This document shows, piece by piece, positions 22,640-36,150 of a stretch of 64,000 bases of DNA. Where the stretch lies: NCBI GenBank assembly GCA_964016885.1, contig OZ024740.1, forward strand, positions 134,974,001-135,038,000, written 5' to 3'. The DNA comes from Eledone cirrhosa. Lineage: Eukaryota. Positions within the stretch are counted from its first letter, which is position 1. Every line of letters begins with the position of its first letter. The position numbers were made by a program, and so were the translations under genes. The notes beneath the pieces were generated by a model. It saw only the letters and a program-made list of their open reading frames with translations. It did not search any database and was not told the DNA's origin.

Positions 22640-24467
22640 TTAACGAAGGGGTTTTAGTAGAATATAGTTAAATGGATTAACACGGTTATTAGATGTAATA
22701 ACAAGACTAAATGATTTACTTTATATATAAAGGTTTACTTCACTTCAGTCAAAAATAACAATAATCAAGTTACCACGAGTTGCGAAGGTTGACAATGTTA
22801 TTTTGTTGTTGATGTGAAAACAGCAAGCGACCAGATAAAGTTTGTAGTAAGACGCCTTACGCCCTCCCCCCCCCCCCCTGTCGAATAATGGACCAGGCCT
22901 AGTTGTCTCCCCCTGGTTGAGAACACTATTTAAGTAAGCAGCACTGTCTATATTTAGACTGTGTTAGCTGCACCTTTTTTTTTGCTTCTGTGTTTCTGCT
23001 TTTTTTTTGCCTTTTTTTTGTTTATGCATGCATGTTTTTTAACATTTTTCAAATCCTTATTCGAGATTTAACGATTGGTAGAGCGAATAGCTCCCCCTTG
23101 TGGCATTGTTCGCCATCTTGCTCCACGTGTGAGTAATAACATCGATTTTCGATGATTTGAAAATCTGGCAGGGGATACTGTAGTAAGACGCCTTACGCCC
23201 CCCTGTCGGATAATGGACCAGGCCTAGTTGTCTCCCCCTGGTTGAGAACACTAAGTAATTAGCAGTATTAGCCACGGAGACAGCAGACAGCCTCTGTACC
23301 ACGAAACAAGAGACAAGCCACGGAGACAGCAAACAGCCTTTTGTACCACGAAACAGCAGACAAGCCACTGATTTCACTTTACTGGTCCCGTTACATTGGT
23401 GACCCACGACAATTGTAATATGTTGCCTTCATTTCAACTGATCACGTCTATATTGGTAGGTTGTTTCATTTGTAATATAACCAACACATAATAGGCAAAA
23501 AGTTTGTTGGTGTTTGCAGTCCGTGGTAGTAGTTCTCGTCGTAAGTCTGGTTTAGTCTGCGACCAGGAGAGAGAGAGAGAGAGGGTAATGGTCTGTAATT
23601 GACTGTAGACCACTGTGGCCTGTAGATAGCGGTGAATCCTTACATAGCTGGTCTGTATCGTAGTGCTCCGATCTCTCTGTATTTCTGTAGACCTCTGGGG
23701 CCTGAAGGTAGCGGTGAATCTTTCACATGGCTTGTCTGTATCGTGGTGCTCCGATCTCTCTGTCTAAATGTGGGATGATACAGGCTTTATATACCTGTCA
23801 CTTTATCTCCCACCTTGAGGGGATAGCGCACGTATGAATCTGTTCACACCAAAAGGGTGGTGACCTAGAGTTTGACCTTTAGGTGTCACCTAAGGTTCAA
23901 GACATGGACAGATTTCGCTACATTAGTTCCCTACCCAAAATCGATGCAGGAGCAGCGATCGAGTATATAAGGGGTATCGAAATCTGATTCCTAGAAGCGT
24001 GTCCCAAAACACACAAAATGTGGGTACTGCACCTGCACTTCGAGTGTAGAGAAATTTGGAGAGAGAAAAAGAAAATATGGTACAACTGTGTATACATGTG
24101 TGTGTGTAACATTTAGAAGAAACTGTAAAAATACAAAGTTGTGATCATGTATTTCGAACTGTTGTGTATGGATGGATGGACGTTGGGGTTACGGTATCGG
24201 ATTACGATATAACACAGAGGACTATTTCTCTCGATGTATCATCATACATAAGATTCTCTTCCAGTGAGTCGAGGTTTACGCTATGACATGAGTGTGTGCA
24301 ATTTTGAGTTGCGTGGGATGATACAGGCTTTATATACCTGTCACTTTCTGTCTCCCACCTTGAAGGGATAGCCCACGCATGAACCTGTTCACACCAAACA
24401 AGCGGTGACCTAGAGTTTGACCTTTAGGTGTCACCCAAGGTTCAAGGCATGGACAGATTTCGCTACA
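22640..24467 (-). mobile_element. Internally deleted LTR element (TGTAGC...GTTAA family)
   Basis: 3' LTR at 23922-22640 and partial 5' LTR at 24467-~24310; PPT GGGTAGGGAAC next to 23923; 5-bp TSD TGTGT at 22635-22639 and 24468-24472. The LTR is homologous to 62155-62906. Confidence 0.8.
22843..23497 (+). mobile_element. Small LTR element (TRIM-like) nested in the previous LTR
   Basis: Partial LTR 22843-~22945 and complete LTR 23179-23395 (TGTAGT...TTACA), preceded by PPT GGCAGGGGA and followed by PBS TGGTGACCCACGAC; AAAGTT at both flanks. Confidence 0.7.
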
Positions 24468-24486
24468 TGTGTATGTATATATGTGA

Positions 24487-24700
24487 TGAGGTGTGGCTTA
24501 GTGGTTAGAGTGTTCAACATGCAAATGTAAGGTGGCAAGTTGTGTCCTTGAGCAAGACACTTATTTTCTGTTGCACCAGTTCAATCAGCAGGAAAAAAAT
24601 TCAAAAGACCAGCCATGTGTCATGCTGAATCTCCCTAACAACTACGTTAAATATACATGTGTCTGTGGAATACTAAGCCAATTGCATCAACTGGAACTCC
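24487..24700 (+). mobile_element. tRNA-derived SINE with CORE-like domain (degenerate)
   Basis: A-box TGGCTTAGTGGTTAGAG and TGTGTCCTTGAGCAAGACACTT core. Confidence 0.65.
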
Positions 24701-24714
24701 GGAGGACCAACAAC

Positions 24715-24962
24715 ACGTGTGTGGCATGTGTAATGTGTAGTATGTGTGGTGTGTGGTATGTAATGTGTGTGATTGTGGTGTGTAGTGTGTGTGATTGTGG
24801 TGTGTGTGTGTGCGATTGTGGCATGTGTGTGTGTGTGCGATTGTGGCGTGTGTGTGTGCGATTGTGGCATGTGTGTGATTGTGTGTGTGTGTGAGTGTGA
24901 GGGTGATTGTGTGTGTGGTGTGTGAGTGCATGTGGTGTGTGTGTAGTGTGTATGCATGTGTG
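24715..24962. repeat. Complex (TG)-rich micro/minisatellite
   Basis: Repeated TGTGTGTGCGATTGTGG-type units. Confidence 0.85.
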
Positions 24963-25036
24963 CCTGCTAGCAAGATTTTCTCTCGTCCTATTTTACATGT
25001 TTATTTTTGATAACATTTAACATAAGGAAAACATTT

Positions 25037-25222
25037 AATAATGGTTTCTACTTTTGGCACAAGGCCAGCAATTACCCAGTGTATTACTGGTACTTTATTT
25101 TATCGACCCCGTAAGGATGAAAGGAAAAGTTAACCTCGGCGGGATTTGAACTCAGAATAGAAAGGGCTGTAACTCTTTGCGTCAAAGCATGGCGTCCGAC
25201 CCTCTACCGATACTGCAATCCA
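25037..25222 (-). mobile_element. Nin/Deu-like SINE
   Basis: Near-identical to 37485-37672 in reverse. Confidence 0.8.
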
Positions 25223-26139
25223 AAGCTAGAAAGTATTCAGTTTATAATGGGCTTTATTTCACTTATGGTCAGGTCAGGCTTCTGCCTGCTACTGGTACCA
25301 TATAAACCAGTACAACCTTTTCATGGTCAAGTAATTAACAACTAAACCAGCTTCTATACTAGACCCTGGTCTGGTGAGGAGTGTAAGTTGAACCCCAACA
25401 GCACAAAAACAAGAACTGTTTAAAAGCCAGATGAACTCCTCAGTGTCAATGGCCATCCATCCCAACTATGGGTTAAATAGCCTCACCAACCCACAATTTG
25501 ACAAGCTTGGTGAGTATGGCTACACCTCTGACATCACCAAAACCAAACAGAAAGTGATGGAGGAATTCCTGGATTGGATTTATTTCACTAAAACAGAATA
25601 AATATGATTAAAGTGTATTGTAAAAGGTTTTATTACTTGGAAATGAGAAAAGGAAATTAAATTTATCTTTTTAATATTTAAAATGATAACTTTAAAAGAC
25701 ATGTAGGCTGTTATTGTATGACAAAGTTTTATCTCATTAGTAAGTTAATGTTGAAATGATGATGGATTGTCCATCAGTTTTGATGATAAGCATTTTGTTG
25801 TTTGATCAACTGTACATCCAGCTCTTGAATTAAAATGTAAATGATGGAGTATTCCTCAGATATGTGCACCCATAATGTAAAAGGTAACTAGAAATAAATA
25901 TGTAGTAAAGATAAAATGATTATATATTTATTGGTGAAGGAAAATAGAACTTTTTAGGACATTGTAGTTGGGTTTTTTTTTTATGTTCTCTGCATTAAAT
26001 AGGCTGATACTATCTATTTTCTCTTTTGTGGAAGGCATCTGTGAAATGTTTAATATACATGATCCCACTTGGATGACATATAAACTTGGAAAAATAGATA
26101 TTTATTTTGTTTTAGATATCACAGCCAAGACCATACTGG

Positions 26140-26164
26140 AGAATGGCCTTCAAATGCGTTTTAC

Positions 26165-26202
<38 letters not shown>

Positions 26203-29200
26203 CACTAAAACATCTAATCTAATTTATCCTTGAGGCAGCAGAAAGGAAGGACATATCTGCCATATGTAGGAAATACAGTGCTGTATGGCAGTGAAATATT
26301 GACAGTCATTCAGATCAACAATGATGACTGGAGAAAAACTGAGTATAGACAGCTGCATTATAATAACAGACTCACAGATACGGAATTAATTGTGATCAGA
26401 CACACAGTGGAAAATGACCTGAATATAAGACAGGAAGGAAATGAAGAATCAGAAAAAGAAAGTTACCATCCACAAGTCTTAATTGAAAGAAGCAGGCAAA
26501 GGATTGAAGAAGTAAGAAATTCTAATGAACCTGATGAATATAACCAAGAAGTGGGATAGAAACAGAACATGAAGACCAAGTATTTGTTGAATCTACAATC
26601 AAAGTGAAGCAGAAAATTCTGAATAAGCTAGCAGTTGCAAGACATACAAATATGAATGACAGGGAACCACTTCAAAAACTCTCAAATACAAACCAAAATA
26701 AAAAGTGGTAACTATGCAAGAATTAGAACTTGATCTTACTGAGTTAAATGAAATTATTTACACATCTGCTAGAGTAATTGAAACAAGATGCCCCTGAAAA
26801 AACTAAGAAGGCCAAACTTAAGAAAACCACAATAGAGAAGTAAAATTGAAAATGAGATTGAATTGATGAGAGGTGAAATATCAATATTAAATGAACTAAT
26901 CTCTGGAAATAATGTAAGAAGAAAGTTGAAGAGAAAATATGGATTTTCATTAAGAAAAGAGCTGATATCAACAAATGAAATACTAAAACAAAAAGTCCAA
27001 GTAAAAGCTGAATGAATACGAAAATTTAAGAGAAACAATTTTTTCAAGCAAAATAAGTTGTTCACATCCAATGTCAAATCATTTTACAGAGAAATAGGGA
27101 AGCAGAAAATAACCATTAAAGACCCCACCCTTCCATGGAAAAAATTGAAAACTTTTGGAGAAAGATTTGGAATGATGAGAAGACATACAATGAAAATGTA
27201 GATTGAATTAGACATGCAGAAGAATCCTACAAAAAATTGCAAGAACAAGCATGGGAAGACATCTTAATTGCAAGAACAAGCACGAGAAGACATCGTAATA
27301 AAGGATGGCACACTCAAAAAGTTAGTCCAGCTGTTCAATGAAATTATGAAACAGCCTGATAAAACACCTGACTGGATAGCAAGTGTTATTACATACTACC
27401 AAAGAATAATCAAAATAATGAAACCAAAGATAAAAAAAAAAACTATCAGGCCATAATATGTTTATCCACCACTTATAAGGTTTTCACATCTATTTTCATG
27501 GAGAAGACATATGCATTTATGGAAGAGAACAATTTTTTCCCAATTTAACAAAAATGGTGCTTGTGAGGTTCAAATGGATCTAAAGATCAACTCCTAATTA
27601 ATTTTATGATCCTTTAGAACTGTTATAACAAGCACAGAAATCTAAGTCCCACATGAATTGATTACAAAAAAGCTTTTGACAGTATACCACATTCATGGAT
27701 TCTGAAATCATTGAACATCTTCAAAATTTCTCCAGTAATTTCAAACTTTCTGAAATACAATGTCATTGTGGAACACAAATCTCCAATGATATCATTCAAA
27801 TAGAGTACTAAGTTCAAAGAATATTAACATCAACTGTGGCATTTCCCAAAGTGCCTCACTTTCACCTCTAATATTTTACATAGCATTATTCTCCCTTACA
27901 ATCGAACTTAACAGAGCAAGTTATAGTTATAAAATTGACAACAAGCCATCTAGTCTATATGGATGACCTAAAACTATATGGCAAAGACAATGATGAGCTT
28001 GAAGGTCGTTAACGTACTGTGAAAGTATTCAGTGATGACATCGGGATGGAATTTGGGCTTGATAAGTGTGCCAAAGCCACTTTCAAGAAAGGCAAGTAGA
28101 TAAACTCAAATTCCGTCGAACTGCATGTTGAAACAGTTATAAAAGAACTTGAGCAACTATAAATACCTAAGTATAAATGAAGGCTCCGGCATTAACATGC
28201 ATACATAAAAGAAAAGATAAGGAAGGAATGTTATAGGAGAGTATGAGCAGTTCTGAAATTTGAGCTAAATGCACATAACAAGGTGTTAGCCATACATTCC
28301 TTAGCAGTTCCAGTTGTTAGTTATAGCTTCAATGTGTTGAACTGGAATATCAGTGAAATAAAGAGAATTGACACAAAAATTCATAAGTTGCTGACTTGTA
28401 ATAAGATGAACCACCCAAAGGCAGATGTGGATTGTCTTTACTGTCCCAGAACTCAAGGCAGAAGAGGCTTGACCCAGTTTGAACTGTCTTACAAAACCAC
28501 AACATATCTGGCCAAATATCTTGAAGCAACAAATGACTGGATGCTGAAACTTGTTGAAAAACATGAGAAGTAAGAAGCTTCATTTGATCTTAAAAGAGAG
28601 AAAAATATTTGCTACAGATCTCATGACTAATATCTAGGCTGAACAGACGAAGGGAACTTTGGCAATTGTTGATGCAAAGTAAGTAAGATTAATGGCTAAG
28701 AAAAAAGGGGATGAACAATTAACATTGAGGTAGGAGCAGAAACCTCTACATGGCAAATATGTGGCCTGTTGCAAGCAAGCTGATGTTGACCAGAAGCACA
28801 CCCATTAGTGGCTATGTAGCTGCAGAGAGTGAAAGCTTCATCTTAGCTGCCCTAGATCAAAGCTTATTAACTTGGAACTATCAGACCAATTTGATGAGAA
28901 ATGGGATAGATCCCAAGAGCTGATTCTGCAATGAAGCAATTGAAACAGTGGACCACTTAATCTCTGTATATAAAGTTTTAGCACCAGTAGAGTATAAATA
29001 AAGACACAACAGAGCTGGCCAATATCTACACTGGTTAATATGTCAGCATTATAAAATCAAAATGGCTGACAAGTAATATAAGCATCACCCTGAGACTGTA
29101 ACTGAGGGAAAAAATGTAACGAATCTTTGGAACTTTCCTGTACATACAGACAGGACCATCAAAGCTAACAGACTGGATATTATTGTAAAAGGCCAAAATA

Positions 29201-29370
29201 ACAAAGTAGGTTTATTAATTGATATGAGCATTCCATGTGATCACAATATTGCAGCAAAAGAATTTGACAAACTCAAAAAATATAAAGACTTGCATTTTGA
29301 AACTGGAAAAATCTGGCATCTCAAGGAAGTCACAATATTAGTGATTGTAGGAGTACTAAGAATGTTTGAC
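26140..29370 (+). pseudogene. Degraded RLE-type non-LTR retrotransposon (R4/Dong-like)
   Basis: Fragments YMDDLKLY (~27960), GLDKCAK, HPKADVDCLYCPRTQGRRGL, KPLHGKY, ETVDHLIS, RHNR and ANRLDII..IDMSIP..KKYKDL (restriction-like endonuclease); many stops. Confidence 0.75.
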
Positions 29371-29602
29371 AATATTTTTATGATGTGGTTTAATAAGATA
29401 CATTAAAAATATGAAGTTATCTGTACCCTAAATGACATAACATGACTAATGAGGGTTCCCCACATGACTGGCTAGAAATCGCATCCCAATTCCCTTTCAA
29501 CAACACTTTACCATCTTAGGAAATATGACGGACACATTGGATAATATAGTTCTAGATACACTCTCTGAAACAGATGAGTTGGAATATCTAGATTATTGGG
29601 AT

Positions 29603-29995
29603 GGAGGCACATGGCTTAGTGGTTAGAGCATTGGCCTTGCAATCGAAAGGTTGTGAGTTCAATTCTCAGACCGGGTGATGTGTTGTCTCCTTGAACAAGA
29701 CACTTTATTTCACATTGCTCCAGTTTACTCAGCTGTAAAAATGAGATGATAGGAACTGGGGTCCCTATCATTCCATTGCAAAGTGGTTGTGGGGGTGCCA
29801 CAGCAAAAAAGCACCCAGCCCACATTGGAAAGTAGTCGTGTAGGTGCTACAAAAAAAAGCACCCAGCACTCACTGTAAATGAGGTTGGTGTTAGGAAGGG
29901 CATCCAGCTGTAGAAATTAAGTCAGAATCAGTTCCCGTCCCACCCTTGAAAGCAGGGAAAAGCGGACGTAAAATAATGATGATGATGACGATGAT
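29603..29995 (+). mobile_element. Composite SINE: tRNA head + CORE-like + Meta-like + short RTE tail (type A)
   Basis: A and B boxes, CCTTGAACAAGACACTT, GGTGTTAGGAAGGGCATCCAGC; tail CCCGTCCCACCCTTGAAAGCAGGGAAAAGCGGACGTAAAA matches the end of the intact RTE. Confidence 0.85.
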
Positions 29996-30466
29996 TAGTC
30001 TGCTTGAGCAGAACTGACCTGAAGCTAAACAACAACAATAATAACAGATGAAATACCAAAGTTTACATGTATTAAACAAATAATTTCTATATGTTTTGAA
30101 TGGCTTGAAGATCCAATATATATATATATAAAGATTAAAATAAATATAAACATTTCTTTTTGTCTATCACAAAACATTCAATGAAGATAATGTTTACTTC
30201 AGTGGATGTGTAAATAAATATGCAATTCAAATATTTATTAAAAGAACACCTCATGTACTAAGAAAGAATGTTTAACATAATATACATAGCAACAGGTAAT
30301 ACTTCACAACTGAACATATAGGTCATTACCAAAACTACCTATTCCTTTGGTAGAACTGTTGTTAATACTAATAATGAAAGTATAGGCAAATTCAATATGA
30401 TATAATAGTTATTTAACCTGTTTGATATCAAACTGCCCTTGGTTCTTTCAAAGCTGTTCATTTTAA

Positions 30467-30674
30467 GCCTTTAGCATTTAAACAAGCTGTATCTGGCCAG
30501 AATTTTCCCACCTCTTTCTGTTGAAGCCGGCTGTAACTGGTCACTCATACTGATGTTAAGGTATTGTTCTCAAAATAAATAATATTGAAATCTCATAGAT
30601 TCGATATTATGTGAGATAAAGCCTTTAACTTGAAAATACAATAGTATATATAGAGTAATGTAAATGCTAAAGGG
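30467..30674. mobile_element. piggyBac-type MITE
   Basis: TTAA|GCCTTTAGCATT...AATGCTAAAGGG|TTAG; colinear with 34275-34494. Confidence 0.7.
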
Positions 30675-31104
30675 TTAGTGTTTATATTTATCTTAAAACC
30701 TGCTATCATAAAATTATGTCAGAACCTTTGATAAGTTATGCTCCAAAGACTGGATTAATATTGAGAAAGTTATAGTACTAAATCCCTTCAAATTCTTGAT
30801 AAATTTCAAAATGGCATTGTCTTTTATTAGACATATGGTAATGTTACCAAGTCATACTTGATTGAGAGTGATGGCTATAGTTTCTTTAGACATCTGCATT
30901 GTTGTTATGTTTAACGTGTTGGTCAATGAAAAGCATTAGAATGTAGTCTTAAATAAGAAATATTTCTTTCAATCAATCTTACTAGAAAATAAGTGTGTTT
31001 GTCATAAGTTTTTAAATCAAATTTTTTTACTTTATCCATACAAGTATGAATTATGTTTTCAAAATTTAGATATTTGTATAGTGTTACAATATTTTTCACA
31101 GTTG

Positions 31105-32385
31105 GATGCCTTAAACTTCTTCCACCCTATTCTTATTCTAGCTACTATATGCTTGGAGCCCCCTCCTCCACTACTAATTAGATCACCTAAGTAGCAGAAG
31201 TTATACATTTCTATGGAACATATTTGGGATTGGAAAAGGTTTATATTTCTGACTCCTTAATATCAATTATCCCAGTACATCTATTACATATGACGATTTC
31301 TTTTCACACATTGTGTAGAGTTTCTGTCTACTCCGTTTCTATATATCAAACAGGGCCACTTCTCTGCTGGGATCAAGGCTCTGTTTTCTTTCTTACTTAC
31401 TAACACTTTAGTTTTTGATAAGACTACTCTCAATCCTTTTAATTTTAAGTTCTGTTTCCACAGCATGAACTTATTCTCTAGTTCTTCCATAAATTCCGCT
31501 GTAAGTACCAGATCATCTACTTCTCCGGATAATTTTTAGCATCTCAGCATTTATCTCTGACAGTCCTGTGGCTTTACTATTTTTTATTTTCTTCATTGCT
31601 TCTTTTACCCGATAACTGTCAATTTCAATAGCTGGTCCCTCTGTTGGGTCAGGTGGTAGTAGTCTCTCTTCTTCCCACTCATTTTGCACATTCCTCAGCC
31701 TCGTAATTGTACTTCCAGGTCTCTATCTTTTGAACCACAGTGATGCTAAGTGCACTGGTGTCATTTCGAATATACTCTTCCCAACAACAACATCCCGATT
31801 CTCACTGACACACTGCTTTGAATGAATTGCAAAACATTTCACGCCTCTGATCCTCACACCACAAGACATTGGCAAACCTCTTTCTTTCAGCATGCTATGT
31901 GCACTTTTCATCTAGCTTTTCCTGGTACTCGTCTCAGTGCTCCCATTTTTACAGTCTTTCCACACCTGTCTCTTGGCCTTAATGGCTCTATCTATTGTGC
32001 TGCTCCACCACCAAGTCACCTTTTGTCTGGCTAGTACTTTGCTCCAGCCACAAATCTCATCAGTTGTCTGTAGTAGGTTGTCACATAAGAACTTCCAATT
32101 GTCCTCTATATCATATGTATCTAACTCGTCTTCCCTCTTTTCATATGCATCACAAAGCTTTTTTAATCCCAAGGTCCTTTAGCTTCCATACTCTTCTCCA
32201 CCAGAATTTCTTGTATATCTTGAGCTTATTCTGATGTCATTAACAATAAAATTAATTTGGACAGTACATTCTTCTGTGGGGAAGGTCTTAACATTTATAA
32301 CCATCTGTCTATCTCGCTTTCTGACAACTAAAAAGTCAATCTGGCTTGTGTGTTTACCCGATTGGTAAATGATCAGGTGACTGGT
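31105..32385 (-). mobile_element. Degraded RTE fragment with large internal deletion
   Basis: ORF pieces TWWWSSTIDRAIKAKR and ELENKFMLWKQNL..KWPC match the 1022-aa RTE. Confidence 0.8.
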
Positions 32386-33132
32386 AGGGCATTAAGCTGT
32401 TAGAAATAGTGTCCAAAATAGAACGTATGAGTGAGACATGGTCCTCTAGCCTGTATGACCTCAAACCATGATATATGGAAAGTAGATTTAAAGTGATAAT
32501 AATGATTTCTAATTTAAGCACAAGATCAGCAATTCATGAAGAGGAGAAAGTTGATTATATTGACCCCAGTACTTTACTGGTACTTTATATTATCAACCTC
32601 AGAACATTTTTAAATCTCACAAACCCTTTTTTTTCATTTTCTTAAAATAGAAAGACATAATCCCCATTGATAGATGGCTACATTTGATTATAAAATCAAG
32701 CAATTAACTATCAATTTCACACGATAGATAATTGTGTTTAAGTCCATAGATTAGATAAGATAATTCATATTAATATACTTTCTTTGTCATGTTACCTTGA
32801 ATGAATGGAGACAATGTAGGATAGTGAGACCTCTTTTCTCTCAAACCCTACATTGTTTCTGTTCAAATTCCAATTTACAAAGTGTATGGGTTGCATTTAT
32901 TGTGGAATCAACACTAGTAAGTTTTGAATCCTGCAAGATTAAAGGGGTACTCACTACTTGATGTTGCCTCTGTTCATTTATGACATGTGAGCAGAAAGAT
33001 GAATAGAAGAGATAGCATGACAGAATTACCAGGCTGAGTAGGCAAAGGAGGATATGTAAGAGCATGGTGGGAGAGACTGAATGAATTGGGTTGAGGAGAT
33101 ATAATAAAAGAGTAACATTATTGGAATAACAG

Positions 33133-33318
33133 AGTGGATTGGCAGTATCGGTGGAGGGTCGGACGCCATGCTTTCCAGCATAGTTACGTCCCTTTACGAT
33201 CTGAGTTCAAATCCCGCTGAGGTTGACTTTGCCTTTCATCCTTACGGGGTCGATAAAATAAAGTACCAGTAATGCACTGGGTAATTGCTGGCCTTGTGCC
33301 TAAAGTAGAAACAATTAT
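33133..33318 (+). mobile_element. Nin/Deu-like SINE with long TSD
   Basis: Flanked by ATTATTGGAATAACAGAGT on both sides; B box and core intact. Further copies lie at ~33780-33920 (+) and ~34665-34860 (-). Confidence 0.85.
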
Positions 33319-34274
33319 TGGAATAACAGAGTACTGGAGGGAGTAATAGTAGCTACATATTTGTTGGTGGTGATGGAGCAGAGATATATACTGTGAGAGT
33401 GTGATGGATGTTGATCAGTAGGGGTCTGAGAGAAAGAGAAAGAGAGAATGTGGCTAGTTGCATAGAGAGGGTGAAGGCAGAATGTATGGGATATAAATAG
33501 ATGTGATACATCCCTCATATGTAACCATTATGATAATGGAGAGAAGTGGACTGATAAGTTTAAAGGCATGGGACAGGGTAGGGATAGAATTTAATACACT
33601 CAGAACTAAAGATAGTTTTTGTTGTACATGAGCATTCAGAAGAGAAGAGAATCAAACAGATCCAATGCCATTCCCTGACTAACATAGACAATATGGTACA
33701 TTGGAAAATAATACAAATAAAAAAAACTTGTATAATGTTAAAGAGCTTGAAAGTAATTATTTTAATCGTGGATAATGTCAAATAGTTATGTCCCTTTACG
33801 GACTAAGTTCAAATCCCGCTGAGGTTAACTTTGCCTTTCATCCTTACGGGGGTCGATAAAATAAAGTACCAGTAATGCACTGGGTAATTGCTGGCCTTGT
33901 GTCAAAAGTAGAAACAATCAACATTAGTAGGTTCTCAGTATATTATATTTACTGCATAAGTTATCAGTCAGTTATTGTCACCCAAATGTCCCCATATTAA
34001 AATGGTTGCAATAAGTACTTTCTCTCTAATATCAATAATCTGACCTGGATTTTGACCGTTGTTAAATACAGAGATTTGAAATGTGCCCTATATCCTCTTT
34101 GTGAGGAACTGCAAAAGTCAACAAGATAAGGTGATTAATTCTCAGTTCAAGGATACTGAATTTAGCCTTAGGCTAATCTATTTTTTTATAGCAAACTGCC
34201 TGAAACTACCCCTAGTTCTATGATACATTATTTTTGTTTCAAAGTGTTGAGTCTTATCTAGAAACATAGTTTAA

Positions 34275-34494
34275 CCCTTTAGTGTTCAAACCAGCCAAAA
34301 CCAGCCAGAATTCTCTACCTCTTTCTGTTGAAACTGGCTGTAACTGGTCGCTCAAAATGATGTTACGGTATTGTTCTCAAAATAAATATTTTCAAAATCT
34401 CATAGATTCGATATTATGTGAGATAACTATGTGAGGTAAAGCCTTTGCCATGAAAATACAATAGTATATATAAAATAATGTGAATGCTAAAGGG
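34275..34494. mobile_element. piggyBac-type MITE
   Basis: TTAA|CCCTTTAG...CTAAAGGG|TTAA. Confidence 0.8.
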
Positions 34495-35860
34495 TTAATA
34501 CAAGAATATTGGTTAAGTTATGCTCAAAATACCAAATTTTGAATGTGAGAGTTAGTTATATTACTAGATTCCTTGTTTTTCAAAATTATTCGAAAATCAT
34601 AGGTAGTGTATTTCATTAGAAATATGGTAATGAAAAGGTTAAACTTATATTTTAAAAATAATAATCGTTTCTGATTTAAGCACAAGACCAACAATTTTTG
34701 GGGAAGGGAAAGTCAATTAAATTAACCCCAGTGCATTACCAGTGCTTTATTCCGCCGACCCCATAAGGATGAAAGGCAAAGCTAACCTCGGCAAGATTCG
34801 AACTATGTCGTGAAGCATATTGTCCGATGCTCTACCAATACCACCAATCCACTGCCCTTTATTTTAAAAATTATAAGACAAGTTTAATATCACAAAAGTT
34901 GAAGATCAGTGACAATATTGTTCGGAGTTTTGAAAAATCATTCATCACCATACATTAAATTGGATAGTCCTTGATTGGATCATGTCTTTTTCCATTCATA
35001 ACTTCAATACAACAAAGCTTTTTTAAGCAGGGGTTAGCCTTGCGGGCCCCATGGCAAGCTTCTTTATTTTTCCCTATTGAAAGCATCTTCTCTCACCAAA
35101 CTTCTGGCTTTCACCCCCCCTCCACCACCTTTAACCATGTCTTTCTAGGTCTTTCCTTTCCTCTATTTCTTTCCGCATTCATTTCCTTCTCTCCTCTTAC
35201 TTAGTCACGTTTATCCTTCCTCATGACACCCAATCATCTCATTTCATTTCTCTTTGCAATATTCATCACTGGCTCTATTCCTATCAATATTGGCAATTCA
35301 TTGTTTATCTTCCTCTTTGAGTAGTACTCCATTCACCCAGCACATCATTCTCATTTTTTTTTTGTCTGACTTCTTTGCTTCTTCATATTCATTACCCATA
35401 TCTCACTCCCATAAATCATGGCAATTCTCGTACATCTTTCCCATCAGTTTCAGTGACACTCCTCTCCTCATTAGCACGTCACTCAGTTTCCGAAACTTCT
35501 TCCATGCACATCTCACTCAATACTGTTGCCGAGTCTGATCTATCTTCTCCATTCAACATGTCTCTTAGATAACAAAACAGTTTCATATTATTTGATCATA
35601 AATCTGCTTAACACCACAACCATTAATGATGAAGTATATATCTAATCAAATGCATTGCAGTTGTGACGATCACATCTTTTTCCTACGTGCTGGGAATTCA
35701 GAGCAACATGTCCTTTATTAATATAGTTGGGTTGATAAAAGAAAAAAATGTGAGAGGGAAAGAAAATTTATAAACTTCTGAATGTTTTTTTTAAAAGTAA
35801 AAATGTAAATGAAGGAGACTGCCAAAATAACTGTAAAATATTAATGTAACTCAATGAATT

Positions 35861-36150
35861 GGAGGAGTGTGTGGCTGAGAGGTTAGGATATTGGACTTAC
35901 GATCATAATAATATCATAGGTTCAATTCCTGGACTATGCTGTGTGTTGTGTGCTTGAGCAAAATACTTCATTTCACATTGCTCCAGCATACTTAGCTAAA
36001 AATGAGTACCAGCAATAGCTGTGGGTTTAACCCTGCAATGGACTGGCACCTTGTCCAGAGGGAAGTCTTGTACTCTCAGTTGCTTCACACCATAGAAATT
36101 GGGATAAGCACCGGCCTGGTAAGCTTCCAGGTTCAAGACAGACTTTAGAC
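35861..36150 (+). mobile_element. tRNA-derived CORE-like SINE with a different 3' half
   Basis: A and B boxes and CTTGAGCAAAATACTT..CACATTGCTCCAG core; lacks the Meta motif. Confidence 0.65.

Noticed and set aside
25260-25530. Possible structured 5' leader or ribozyme of the R4-like relic
   Set aside because: Only one short hairpin (CTCACCAA/TTGGTGAG), separated from the coding relic by ~600 bp of AT-rich DNA.
29603-29675. tRNA-like A and B boxes (also at 33133, 35861, 37485)
   Set aside because: These are SINE heads that continue into SINE bodies; no complete cloverleaf.
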